Origin: Adineta vaga
Lineage: Eukaryota > Animalia > Rotifera
Length of the DNA stretch: 64,000 bases
Assembly (NCBI GenBank): GCA_021613535.1
Contig: CP075495.1
Span: forward strand, 5,518,001-5,582,000
Direction of reading: 5' to 3'
Made by a program: the position numbers and the translations under genes. Shown here piece by piece: positions 12,294 to 27,000 of the stretch. The notes under the pieces were generated by a model. The model made no database searches and was not told the origin of the DNA. It worked only from the letters and a program-made list of their open reading frames with translations. The first letter of the stretch is position 1. Each line of letters starts with the position of its first letter.

Positions 12294-13320
12294 GGATACA
12301 AATATATATAGTTAGATACAGGAGATGTAGAAAAAAAACGAAGTCAATCAATCTGGAGCAAGTGTAAAAAGAACATTATAATGATTTACTAAATGATAGT
12401 CGCTCTCTCTCCCTTTCTTCTCTCGCGCTTCTAACTTATTGTATGTTCAAATTTTATCTTCATAGTTATGTGTATATGTCTGTCTGGTCAAATGAAAAAC
12501 CAAAACTCACGAAAAGAACATGCGATAATATTAATAATTTTTCGCTCGTTTTAATCAAGACTAGACATATACAATGGGGAGAAAAGTTATCGAATGACTA
12601 CGATCAATGTTGTTTTTTTCAAGCGTAGACGGAGATGTCGCATCGAGTTAAATTGTTTGAATGTTGCCCGTGAACATTTTTGCATAATCAGACATGCATA
12701 TACATTTGAACATTGTCTTCTTATAGTAATAGTTCTTTACATGATGATTTTATCGTTATTCGATGCTGTTCAATCTTACAATCTGTTGATGTGAATGAAC
12801 ATTTTTCTTCGATATTTACTTAGAGTAAAGAAGAATAATAATAAGGAGGAAAAAAATGAAATAAGGGCGGGTGTCTTTTCATTGTCCAATTCGCATTTAT
12901 CAACAGAAGATTACACACATACAGAACGTGTTGAATCAGTAAAAATCTTCCGTTTACTCCCCGCTTATGTCTTCTTTTGATACATTCGATCTTACCTGAA
13001 TATAAAAGAAATTTCATTCGAGAAGTACACCGTCAGTAATCACAGAAACTACATTCATATGATAATAAAATTCTAAAACTTCAATTGCAACACTTATGCT
13101 AATATTAAATGGAAGGAGAAGGAGAGAGAGGCGGAAGAAAAAACATCTAACAAAAAATGTATACATTTACCCCATCACTCAATGATCTTTATAATAGTTA
13201 TCCTACCATTTCTCCTCTTAGTATTTATTACACTTCACACCAGAGTTAAAAACGTCGTTTGTCTTTTCTCTTCTCTTTATTCACTCGCTTGTATTTTTTC
13301 TCTCCCTCTTCCTTTCGCTG

Positions 13321-13343
13321 TCTCTCTCTCTCTCTCTCTCTCT
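13321..13343. repeat. (CT)n microsatellite
   Basis: tctctctc run in the intergenic region. Confidence 0.85.
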
Positions 13344-16164
13344 ACCTCTTTCTACTTATATCGATCGCTGCTCTGATGTCTGTAAAACTATAGAAGAGAA
13401 GAGTTAAGAGAGAAAAATCATGCACACACATGCAGTATACACATATTCACACAAAAGGATGAGCTTTGTACAATTGACCATCTGTCTCGCATACGCATTT
13501 TTGTTCTATTGCTAGAAAAGAGAGCATGATAATTTACAGTTCATCCTATGCATCAATGATAACGAAATATATGCATCTTGAGAAGAAAAAAATGAAGAAG
13601 AAGAAGATGAAATCAGGCACGTGCGCAAGCTAGACAAATGAAAAGTTTTACCATGAAAAGAAATTAGAACGCTAACGTTATGTTTGTCACCCTACACATT
13701 TATTGATACCATATTACCTACATAGATATGCATTCGACTAAATTAGAACAAATGAAATGAACGTTTGTTGTTTTAACTACCATCGATCTTCATTTGTTAC
13801 GGTTACACGTCGGAACATTGATCAATTACAAATGCTTTATGATATAGTCATTCAATTCATTTGTTCCGTTCAATGGAATCATATAGATGCAAATGACATT
13901 GTAAGGATACTCAATCACAACATCAATGATAATAACAAGAGAGAAAAAAAAGTCTAAATGACAAGTATTGATCATTACTTGTCTAATGAATTTGATCTTC
14001 TGATGCAAATATATGATGACCGATATCGAACAAAATGGCTTCTGTTGCTTTTTTCCCCTTCGTCTTGTTCTTTCTCTTCAAAAGTAATCAAATCTTGCGG
14101 TATTCTCTTGACACAAAACTGTCCATTATAGAATAACGAAAAGATGGTATAATGAGTTGTGTCATCGGGGCGTTGTTTAACAGCAGTGTCAGCAGCAGCA
14201 GCTGGTTTATCGCAAAGAATAGGATAAAAAAAGAAAGGAAAACGAATGTAAAATCCTTGACATTACGTCTCAAATAGGTTCTTTCAGGACGTAGAATTCT
14301 GTCATACTCAAGGATAGAAGTATTAGTTTATTTTATACAACATCAAAATCTGATGGATTAAAATGCAATCTATCTTTGTTCTACTCAAGATATTAAATTG
14401 AAAAAAAAAACTACTTGTAAATATCAAATGTAAGATTATTCGAATACTTACAACAACCTAAGCCGAGTGAACGTAGCCGAAATGATGGGATTAATTTCAT
14501 TGTTATTTAATCGATATGAATAAGTAAATAATCAAAGAGGAAAACTATTGTAATGTTTTCCTCAATAATATGCGAAATACGGAAGACAACAGCCTTCTCA
14601 AACTTGTTATAAAGATAATGTGAAAAAAAGAATGTTGAAATTCTTTTTTGCTTGATTTCGTTTTGATACAAATATCTTCTATTAAAAGCAACAATAACGA
14701 CGACGATGGCGACGATCACAACTGTTATTAACGTATTGAGCCAAGGTTCTCCATCATGATACTAGAATAAAAATCATGATGAAACAAAGATTTGTCCAAT
14801 GGCAACAGTTGTCTAGTGATTATTATTCAAATCACCATTGATGTGCAAATAGACTTTCTTTTCTTCGTATACATTCTACTCAAAGAAATCCTATCGAAGT
14901 AACTTACTTAAGTGATAACTATATATATACACACATCATAATGAAGATTACCGTTTGTTTGATGTAATGCCGTAACGAAAGAAAACATATTCAATAGTTA
15001 AAAATTGTTGCTTATATTTTGATTCGAAAGTATGTGTATGCATTTTGCACTTCTCATTGTCTCAAGAGAACACATAAAGACGGAAATTAGTTGACAGGTG
15101 AACGTTGCCGAAGTAGTTTTGTTTAGTATAATCAATAATGTAACTATTCATTTGTAATCAGCCTATTCTCATACACATTTCATTTCTTCTTCTTTTTTCA
15201 TCTTCTCAACATGCACAACATAATAGACAAATAATGAGCCAGATTCGCTATTCACTAAGAAATGATTGATGATTATCAATTAAGTAGAATTTCATGACTA
15301 GGGAATAGAAATAATGAGAAAAAAAGTTAATTAGATACAGATGATTAGTCTTTTTCTTCCTAGTTTTAGATTAATATTTAATAAATTCGAGTATTTATTA
15401 TAAAACATAAAGTATATTCAACTGTTCTTAATCTGCATTTGATTTAAACATATGTTACAAATGACATAGTTTCGATTGATTTTTAATGTCTATTGTCCTG
15501 AGAAAATTTTTCATCAATCAGGTGTTAGAGCTTTTCTGAATCTTATTAAGATTATATTCAATTGTCGATCAAACGGCATGATCTATTAGTTGAGTAAGAA
15601 GATCTTTTCTTTCCAACTTGATCTATAACAATTTTAACAGAAGTATAAAGATAGACTATATACGTATGTGATTATCAATGTTTATAAAAATAAAGAAAGA
15701 TAAACTGCCAGAGATTCTTCGAGGAAAAATCAAGTTATTTATAGTATTCATTGTTATTCCAAAAGAAAAAAATTTAGATGATTGATAGGTTCAAATTCGT
15801 TGTGCTGAAAAGTATAATTATTTTTCTTTCTTATTGATAAAAACAAATTTTTCTCAGAGACAAGAATATAGAATATGATTGATGATGAACATGTGATTTA
15901 CTACTGTGTATTTTCGTAGGAAAAGAAGAACGAATAAAACTTGTTCATGACATATATTTCAAATACGAGTAATCATTATTATTTGCATTAGTTAAAGATT
16001 GAATTATGATTAAAGAAGAAAAAAAAAGGATAAAGATTAACAACTACAAATAGGAGTAGACATTCATACAATGAAGACGAAGAAAGAAAGAAAAAAAAGA
16101 TTCATCACCGGACAAATACACACATATATAAAGTCTATACTTGAATATGTAAATATGTATATAT

Positions 16165-19100
16165 TTAGAAGACAGTACATTTGATTTGTGGATTCATTTT
16201 TGCATTTGTATTACATTGAAATACACGACTAAAATGATGACTTGAATGTAATGAACCAATCATTCTAAATAGATAAGATTGATTGAACAAGAAAAGAAAG
16301 AAATTGATTTCTGTTTTGTTTTACCTATAGCGAAATGGTGTATGAATCATATCTCGAATATCTTTTCGTAAACGTTCATTTAAATAATTACCACACCAGA
16401 TCTATGAAAGAATTGCAAAGATATCTCTTTTTTGAAAAAAAAATTAGAACTAAAACAAATTATACTTGACTAAAAGCAATAAAGAACATTTGTTCATGTG
16501 TATAATTATCCAATAATGGTAATCGACGCTCATTTCCATGAACTTTTAACCATTGTTTATAAGCCAGAAATGCTAATTCTGTTCCAGCAATATCAGCAAT
16601 GTTTTCTGATCGTGTTGTGTTTCCATTTAATGTCATATTAACTTGTTCATAAGTGTAATTTGAGTATTGATCAACAATACATCGTTCCGTTTCTCGATAA
16701 GTTGCATCTGTTTCATTATTCCACCATTGATTTAAATTACCATGTTCGTCAAAATAACGTCCATTTGTATCAAATCCATGTATGATTTCATGAGCTATAA
16801 CCATTCCGATACGACCATAAATAACAAAACTAAGAGAAAGAAAGGAACATGCAAATATCAGTTATTAAGACGAATGATTTGTTTTTTGTTTATTCTTACT
16901 GTGGAAATTTTGAACTATAAAGAAATGGTCGTGTCATACCAACAGGTATAATAATAGCATTACGATTACTGTCATAGAGTGCATTGACTTGCGCTGAACT
17001 TGTCATCCATCTAATGAAAATTAATCATTTGAGATAGACGTATAAAAACGATTTTCCTACTGTTTTTTATCGACAGGTTTTCGAAAGAGTGCAATATTTT
17101 TTCGTACTTCATTACCCAAAAGATTAATTACATTATTTAAATGATTATCAAATGAAATATTTAACTAAGAAGAAAATAATCAATGAAATCTATTATTATA
17201 CAACATCAATACTTACATTAGCATGACTGAAATTTAAATAAGTTTCATTCAAGGCTTCCAATGGATATGCAATAAATTCACTCATTAATTGTGCCTAAAA
17301 AAATGACATGTATATATCGATTCTTTGTCGTAAATCAGCTTTTCTATTTTGATTTACTTTAGCAAGTGCTACTTTTTTCGTATCATTTGTCATCCAAGTA
17401 TTTCGTTTAATTGTTTCATAAAATGTACTTCGAATATTAAGAATTACTTCTTGTAACTAAATAAGAAATGAATTTATGATAGAAAATAGGATAAATGAAT
17501 CAATACTTCTTCACGAATATTATCATCTGATTGAGATTTTAAATAGAGATATGTCATTGCTTGGGCAAATGTTTCATCAGCACGATTCAATAAGCAATGT
17601 GAACCGATTCCATTCAGAGCAGCACCCTACATAAAACAGAAAGAATTAAAAACAAAACGAAGAATGTTGTCGTAAAATTTTACCTGAGTAAGACGTGCAA
17701 GTTCATAATGAGCTTCTCGAAAAGTCTTACTTAAATCAGGTACAAGACTGGCAATAACACGCCATAAACAATAGCCTGTCAGCGTTCTAATTATTAAATC
17801 AAACAAAAATAGACGATTCAATTTCAATAGAATGTAAATTTTCGTGTTTCATACCGTATATCAAATCGACGAATAAGTCGTTCAAGATTTTCCACATATT
17901 GACTAGCATAGAGAACAACTATAGATTCATCAAGTGGAATATATTCTTTGAAAACAGTATGAAAATATACGGTCCAATTAATCGATGTAACCATATGTTG
18001 AAGTTCGCCGACAGTTATTTTTTTATAGAAATCGATAACTGTATTCGATGGTTGATCATCGCGAATCTAAATATGAAAAACAAATTGAGAAAGCTTTCCG
18101 TAATTCAATTTGTTCATCTTTTGAATATCAGTAAATCAATTTTTTTCTTTCACTACGTTTTACTATACGAATTCGGACTTTCTTAACATACTGATATGGT
18201 AACGATGAACAAAAAAAACTCTCACCTACGTTGGCGATTGCCTTCTCCAAAGTGAGTATTTGTTGCATTTCATTTCGTGCTTGTGTACGATCAATACCCA
18301 AACTGGCGGCGACGCTAACCATGAAATTTAAATAGGCATCTATTTCTTCTTCAGATTCATATGCAGCTGATGCTTGTAAAAATAATGATGGATGATTAAT
18401 CTAAAATAGAATTTTTCGAATTAGTTGAACATATTTATTTTTTCTTCTTCTTCTTCTGATAATTACAAGAATAATATGTTGAGAATTGTTCATATCATCT
18501 GCAGCGACTTTAAGTTCAAATAAAGGTTCAATATTAAATTCTAAATGAAGTGTAGCTAATAAACGTTCGAGCGATGATTTTGATTGCCATCGTTCGCCAT
18601 ATAACGGAGGAAATCCACCAAAACGTTCGAGATGTAGCATAAGTATGTGATAAGTTGCATTTTCTACTGCAGGTAAATCACGTTCTTCATGATATAAACA
18701 AGAAAAGAGACTTTATCTGTTGCAAGACAAGTAAATTAATCATTACCTGTACTTATACACGTTTGATAGAATATTTTAAGTTTTCGAACAGCATCTGGTT
18801 CTGTATCCAGAACAGGTTTACGCAATAATTCTAGAATACATAAAATAGAATGAAACTAAAAGAATTAATGAAAATAAATACCTCGATATAGATCAACAAC
18901 ATCATTGACAAATGATTCAAATGAAGAACGAACACTTCGACCTTCTGGAATTGGATGACTTTTATCCCAATTACCACAAGCAAATTGATAGAAATCCTTT
19001 AAATGATATAATAAAAAGAATTAATATAAATTTCTTTTAAATTCAACTTACTTCACATGGATCAACTGTAGTATCCATTGCATTATACGTGTCAGCTGCT

Positions 19101-19445
19101 AATGTGATACATTCTGGTGTTAAACATAATTGTTCTAAAAATATACCGTACGACAAAAACGAATAAATAAATTTCAAATTTTTTCATACTTTCAGATCGA
19201 AGACGTGTATGCAATGTATATAAAAATAACAGAGACATAACAATAGTAATAGCTAGTAACAGTGAAAGACACAGTCCGAATGTCATTTTATTTTGACATA
19301 GATAAGCTTTAAGCCAAGTTGTTGACTTTTTATGTTTTATTGCTGTTGTTGGTGATGTTGACGTTGATCGAATTTGTACTTCAGTCATGAGAGAATCGTG
19401 TTCAGCCGATGTTAATTGTACAGTAGTCATTGTTCCGTTATTCAT
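16165..19445 (-). CDS. M13 zinc metallopeptidase (neprilysin/ECE-like), type II membrane, multi-exon
   Basis: N-terminal TM segment, DTTVDPCE/DFYQFACGNW, VNALY, zinc motif HEIIHGFD, ENIAD, IHTPFRYR and terminal MNPQIKCTVF-stop. Confidence 0.92.
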
Positions 19446-21024
19446 ATATATATAATATATATATATATGTATAAAACTCTTGTTCTTTTTTATTTATATT
19501 GGAATTAATTGTACGTGAGACGAGGAATTGCTTTGTATATTGTGTTTATTGAATAGCTTGTTGAGACAATTATCTACGATGTTTGTAACGTGTCATGTTT
19601 ACAAGTCAGATCAGAAACGCTTGACTTTTTGATCTGATAATATAAAAGTAAATTAATAATAAGAAGCGAGAAAATAAGAAAGAGGAAGATGAAGAAGAAA
19701 AGATCGCCGTCTGTTTATCATCACTTACGTTCGGCATACATAAACATCTTGATGTATTAAGTTCCGTAAAGGGTCTCATGTTTGTATATAATGTCTATAT
19801 TTCTCTCTCTCTCTCTCTCTCCTTCTCTTTGATAGATTGATGATGCTCTTAGTTTGAGTTGCGTCGGTCGTTGTTCGAAGGTATATAATTAATCGATACT
19901 GGTTCTTTCTCCGAAGAATAAACGATCGACGAACAAATCTCGGAGAAGAAGACAAGAAGCGCGTTAAAATATGAATGGATTGTATCATGCGGAAGTTGTC
20001 ATCGACGCTACTTTCATTGCTCATTGAATCGATGCATTCTCCCTCTTTTTTCTTCAATGACATATCGAGTTCGTCCAGTGTCAATAACAACAACAACAAC
20101 AACAAAAACGACTCTTATTTGAATAGTAATAAAAATAACAATATATACAAAAGAATAGATATCGATCTGAATAACAAAATTTTCTTTCAATTACAAGAAA
20201 TATTCCGGACATTTGTTTTCTACAAGCTATTTTGCATTTTATCTATTATCTATTATCAAAGAACTATATTAATAAATTGTACATAGTAATCTATGAAAAA
20301 TGTCTATCTGTACATAATTGCCTGATGGCAGTTATTAATTAATCAATGTATCATAAACAGAATATATCACATAAGCTATTCTTATTATCTGATAATCGAA
20401 AGCATGTGTCGAAGTTAGAGTAACTTTTCATTCGATGCTTTTATGAATAGAAATTTGATGAATTAGATTACAGTTATGAAATGTTCATAAGAGAAATTTG
20501 ACATATATTATCCGTTTTATTAGATTTGATTGAAAATAGTCTTATTTCAATCTTAATCTTTATCAGAACTAATGGATCGATAGAGATCTGGAATATTGAA
20601 CGGATAGATCCGAACTAAAGAATGTCGAAAAAGAAGTAATTATAGTCTGAGAGTTGCAATAAGGAAATTTCTATTGCTTATCATCGATGATGCCTTATGA
20701 TTTCTTCATGCTCATAATGAAATATTTTCTTAAGTCATTCCAGCACAATGAATCTTAGCGGTTCGACATCTTATTTGATGAGGACAATATTTGATTCATA
20801 GTTTCTGTTATACATATATATATATATCAATTCTTTATTAAATATAGTGAAAATTTTGCTGTTTGAAATGTCATTCTATAATACACATGTGGCTTTTTCA
20901 TTTTGGTTTCCAACAAAAAAAAAGATTACATGTATAGAGCACAAAATAAAAGAATTCAGTTTTCTTCAGATTATTGAAATACAGCGCGCAGGAATAAAAA
21001 TAGATTCTCTTTTGTTCTTGATTT

Positions 21025-24000
21025 TTAACGTTGTTGCTGATTCCCATCAGGTCCAATTCCACTAGTAACACCAGTTGTTAATTGAAAATGTTGTTGAATA
21101 TTTTGTGGTGGTGTACCATAAGGTGGTACTTGCATTGCAGCTGTTGTATATTGCATTTGCATTGTAGATGTGCCTGATTTCAATTGTCCATGTGTTGGTG
21201 CATTTGTATTCGAGGAATCAACATTTGATGCTGATGAAGGTGTTGCTGCTGCTGATGCTGGTCCTTGGGAATGAATTGCTGATGATACATCCGTTTTTGC
21301 ACAAAGAAAATGAAGACGTGAACGAAGTTTTTCACAATGAAGATTATTTACAACTGTTTCAATACGATCACGTATAGCATCACCAACAACGATGTATTTG
21401 ATATGATAAAGAAAATTAGCAATCGTATCGACATTTACAAATGATTGTTGATGAACATCAACACGAGCAATGAGATCATATGGAACAATAACAAACTAGA
21501 AAAGAAACATATTAGAAACGAATTCAAACAAGTTATTGCTTTACTTCGAGTAATAATTTTGTTGATTCCGTTTGAATGCGTTGTAGAAATGGTCCAATTA
21601 ATTGAAATGCTAACAGTAGTTGATTTTCCGTTTTGATTGTTTGCGAAAGTCGTACTTGAACTATGCTAAAATATTTTTGAAAATACAGCTAAAAAGAAGA
21701 ATGAATGAAATGAAGAATTTACTTGAGAAATGGTTGTAAATGACTGATACTACCATGTAACCAAACTGAATGAACAACTGCTACAAAACAACATACCATA
21801 TTTTCTGTATGTGTACAAAATCGTTCACGAAAGTTAAGTAAATCCATAATATCACTTGGTGAACAACGTAACAAAAGTGGATGTTCAAATATTTGACACA
21901 TGCGTTCGAATAAATTTGTCCAATAATATTCCTAAAGAAAGATATTCATCTGTATTTTTCAACAACAAAAAAACAGCAATGATTACATACAGGTAAAGCA
22001 GAAAAGAGAAGACCCATTGTATTGAGATATTTCAAATAATTTGCACGAGGAATTAATGCATCACTAAAATACAAAGAAAAATTTTAAAATTTTATATTAA
22101 TACTATATATATATATATATATATATCGTAGTGCTAATACAAGAATGAATAGTCACTTACGCAGTTATAAATGGTTCTGCAAATAATTTCCATGGATTAA
22201 AATTTTCTTGTCCTGTATAGAAGAATATTTCAATTGCTATGCAATGAATCAATTGTAATGATGGATTTGCAAATTCATTATAACGCCAATCGATGTTGTA
22301 TTGATAAGAATTTTTCTCGTAGATAGGTGCACTGGAGTTAAGGAAAATAGAATGAATCTAAATAATAAATTTCTCGAAAAAAAACCAAAACAAATAGAAA
22401 AGGATATCATCCACAAGTTTATGCAAAAGGTCAATAGCATAACGTGAATTGAAAACTGGTGATGGCGATTGTCGTTTTTCTCCATCTACACGAAGATAAT
22501 TTTCAATGTAGGCGATGAAATTATTCGAAAAACACCATTCCATTTTGCGCATATGATAAATATTTCCTTAAAAAAAAAACAAGAAAAGAGTTTGTTTTTA
22601 ATTTAGGTTATTTTTCATTTACCAAGAGTGCCGATGATTAAGGATTGGCGAAAGTTGGATTTTTCACGTAATTTTTTTTCATAAACAAATAAAGTATTGT
22701 ATAAAAATGTGACTGGTGCAGCTAAAATATGAAATAATCTATCATTTTCTTCTCTTCAAAAATCACTTCATATACAAACCATGTGCACGAAAGAGATTTT
22801 GAGCAATGGGTAAAACTGTATCAACAATACGTGCATTCGGCATATGTTCAAACATTCGACTGATTATTAATTCAAATATCTAAATTGAGAAAAGAAAAAC
22901 GCGCGTCGTTGTTTGTTTGTTTTCTTCCTCGATATGTTTCGATTTCCACATACATATGAAAATCAACATCTTTACTTCTCTCGTTTTTTTTCTCAACAGT
23001 ATCAACAAAAAATCAAACCTCGATTGATTCAAGCTTATCAAAAGAGAAAAACTCAACTAGCAAAATGTTCATTAATCTATTCGATTCAAACATTAACATT
23101 AATGGATGGATCAAATCCATATATCGCTGGATCTTATCAAGTTCCTTTCACATCTAAACGATGTTTAAGATCAAAATCTACTTACTGGTAAAAGACGAAG
23201 ACACATATTGCTATAATATGTTGGTAAACATCGATCCATAGACTATAAACATGAAGAAAACAACATCATCATCCTTGCCGTATCAATATATCAACTTACT
23301 GGTTGTAAATAATCTTTAATAAGACCTTCCATAAAGAAACGTTCAATATTTTTCTAAAGACAACGTGAATAGATTTTCTTTATAAAACATTTGATTCCGA
23401 ATAAAAGATATACCTTATGATATTCACAATGAAATTTTTCATGGAAATTTTTCATACTCCAAATATCACCGGATATCTAATCAGATAGAATCTAACTGTA
23501 CATGTATGTAATTGAATCAGAATGATCTACATACACTTCTTGCAATATTACCAAAATCTTTAATGATTTCTGATAATGTGCTTGAATTAATCATAAAATA
23601 GAATAGAATATGAACATAGGGTGTTTTTGCTTCATCTAATGGTCGAAGAAACTAAAAAGCAAGAATCATTGAAATGTTATTCAAATGAGAATTTTTCAAG
23701 TTTTACAAGAATTAGTAAAAGTCGATCGAGTTGAATTATATTGTAACGAGTTGCCATAAGAACAACTGCATCAGCATACTAAATACAACACAAAGAAAAA
23801 TGAATAAATATGTCATTGTTTTCATCGATTTACCTTTTGCATAAATGTTTGACTATGATTTTGTTGTAAAGTAATTTCACGTAAGATATATTCTGCTAAT
23901 GTACGATAATGCGCATTCATTGAACGTGTTAACAGATTTTTAAATATTCTAATTAATATTATATAGACAAAGAGTATATTTAGAATAGAAGAAAAGACCA

Positions 24001-27000
24001 AGATCGACTTACTCGTAAAATGTATTGACAAATGAACGTAATGGACGTTCTTCAATAGTCAATTTGAGAAAGACACTAGAAAGAAATCGCTAATAATATA
24101 GAATTGTTGATTGAAATATATTTAACTTACCAGAAGCAAGTAGTATTATTAGGTTGACTGAAATGTTTGACAATTTCTTGTTCATTCGCTAATGATGCCG
24201 AATCTAAAAAGACAAACGAAACTAACTGTCGACAAAAGAGAAACACATTAAATGCAATTTTACTAGTTAATTTTTTATAATCATCATCAACACGTGCTCG
24301 TATATCTCGATAAGCATCATTTATTTGATGTGCTCGATACCATTCAGCCATAAAAGTTGGCATTGCTTCTAATGTCGATGCTGACCAACCATGGGGTGTT
24401 ATTTGCATGATATGAGTTAAAAAATCTGTACACCAAGGTACAGGCATTGATTCTGATCCTATGAAAGAATTCTGTCATACTGAATGAACGAATTATGAAC
24501 AAACCTGTTATGATAAAAGATCGAGCAATGCATAAAATAAAAACTTTATTTATTTCTTCTGATTCTTTAGTGAAAACTGATTGTAACATTTTAGAATCGA
24601 TTAATTTTGGTACTTGATTATAAAGATCAGTACAATTAAATTGAAGAATAAGATTAAGTAAAAGATTTTGTATTCTTTAATAGAATAAATGAAATAGATT
24701 ATCATGGTATAGTCAATGCGTTTGTCAAACTTACGCGCAATATAATTGTGGATGACCAGCATGTTGTGGAGATGCTAATATTCCTGAAAATTGTTGTAAA
24801 AGTTGTGCACGGATCGACGTTGGAATACGATGAATACGAAATGTAAATAATTCTGCTAATAAATGTGCACCTAAATACCAATTTTTACTAATAATTGTTT
24901 CTGTTAAAGTTAATAATTCTTTCAATCGATCTTGTTCCACTTCAGGATATGCTAGAAGACGAGCAAATGATTCAACACCGCCCGGTGATACTGCTGACCA
25001 TTGTGATTGATTAAATAAATTTTTTAAGATAATATCAGAATAATATTGTTTAGCAACAAGACATTTTACATGTGCACTCATAGCATCTAATGATCGATAT
25101 GGAATACCTTCGGATGGACCGAAAACATTATGACTTATATGACTTGATGGAATAGATTGAGAAGAATTAAGAATATAAATTTTAAATAAAGTATCCATAT
25201 AGGATGAATTTAATTTTGGATCATTACCAATCAAATCTGAATATCAGAGAAGAATAAATTAGAAAATAAATTCACTAAAAGAACATACTCCAAGCAATAT
25301 AAAATCGATAGTCATCAATAGATGATAATTTACGATCTTCAAAAGATTTCAGTGCTCTAGAATAAAAACAAAAGAAGGAATTAAGATCTTCTCTCTTATA
25401 GGTTTAGTTTTTTTGCATACTCAACATGAAGTTGAAGTGCAATAGGCGTTTGATGTTGTGGTATTAATGCAGATGGAGATGATGCAGCTATAACTGGTAT
25501 CACTCGTGTCGTAAGAAAATACCAATTTGATGCTGCTGCTATAGAAACAACTGATTGAAAATCACGATAATCAGGTTCGGGTAATGGTTGAGTGTCTGGA
25601 TAAAGCACTCGTATAAGATCAAGTAATATTAAGTAGTCGGTCCAAGCTGTCTATATAAATCAAAATAATGAAAAGTGAAGTGTTATTTATCAGAATAAAT
25701 AATATGCTGACTTTCACATGATTTTTATTTAATACATGACAAAGCATTTGTCCAATTAACCACATAAGCCAATCTCGACCAAAACCAAAAACAGGTCCAG
25801 GAAATGACGCAATCTAGAAAGGAAAGTTTTAGAGTAACATGCATATTTTCAAATAATATATACCTTAATATTGATTGTACTGAGAATACCACTTAAAGTT
25901 ATACAAACATTTTGAACATAAACTAGGACAATATGTGCTGTAACAGTCCATAAATGTAATTGACCTAAACATAAAAGTAGAGGAAATATATCAACGTAAG
26001 TATCAAAAAAAGAAAGTTCATTTTCTAAAAAATAATGTTCATCATCATCATCTTACAATGAGTGAGTCTTTAAAATATTTCATTAGAATTACCTTCGAAT
26101 TCTTGAATTTTATTTGTTTCAAGCATATTCCATATTAATAAATCAGCTAGTGATTCTTCAATTGCAGTAATTCTTTGTTTAACCTAGAATTAAATCATTT
26201 GAATAATGTTTTAAATTTTATTAAATTTCTTTTTACATTTCGTGCAACTCCAACTAAACTAAATGCAAGATCACGAGAATTTAATTGTTTAATTACATAG
26301 CAAAATAACTCTGTTTGTGGTTGAACTTGTGCCTAAATAAACAAAATGATTTATTTGTAAAGACATGAATGTTAATAATCATACTCTATCAAATGGTAAT
26401 GGAGCTGTTTGATGAAATTTTAATTTTGCATAATGTAAACGCCATAATATAGATGCATAATTAGAATAACCAACGATAGGATAGAGCATATCACGTCCTA
26501 AATGAAAAAATATAAATTAGCTAAATGTTCAGATCCTATTCAAAGAATTCACCAGTGATAGAAACAAGTTGAGCTGTTGGACGAAATGAGTCAATAAATT
26601 TCAATAATAAACTTGAGAAACACTAAATAGATAGAGAATAATGAATTTATTATGGAACTTCTTTGATTGAATATTTACAGGTGGATAAGGACTTTCTGGT
26701 TTACCCCAAGGTAATGTTTGTTTAATTTCATTTTGTATGAAATAACTTAATTGCAGATTATTGTCAGGATTCATAATAAGAGCAACAAGCTAGATGAAGA
26801 TACACATAACAAAATATTCATATAAGAATTAAAATATATATTTATTACCGTATAGAATTTAAATACTTTTTCAATATCTTGTAATGGAGTATGTGACATA
26901 AGCATTTGTACTTTTTCTAATAATAATTTGAAAATATCACGAATACCCTACAGAAAAGTTCATATTATTGTTTTCAATCATCATTATAAATAAGAGAAAA

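Noticed and set aside
13902-13909. GTATCCTT on the minus strand, a U12-like donor
   Set aside because: Intergenic, with no TCCTTAAC branch site or flanking exons.
19776-20286. Overlapping 109-aa and 103-aa ORFs upstream of the neprilysin gene
   Set aside because: Driven by AAC/CT microsatellites and low complexity; more likely UTR or promoter.
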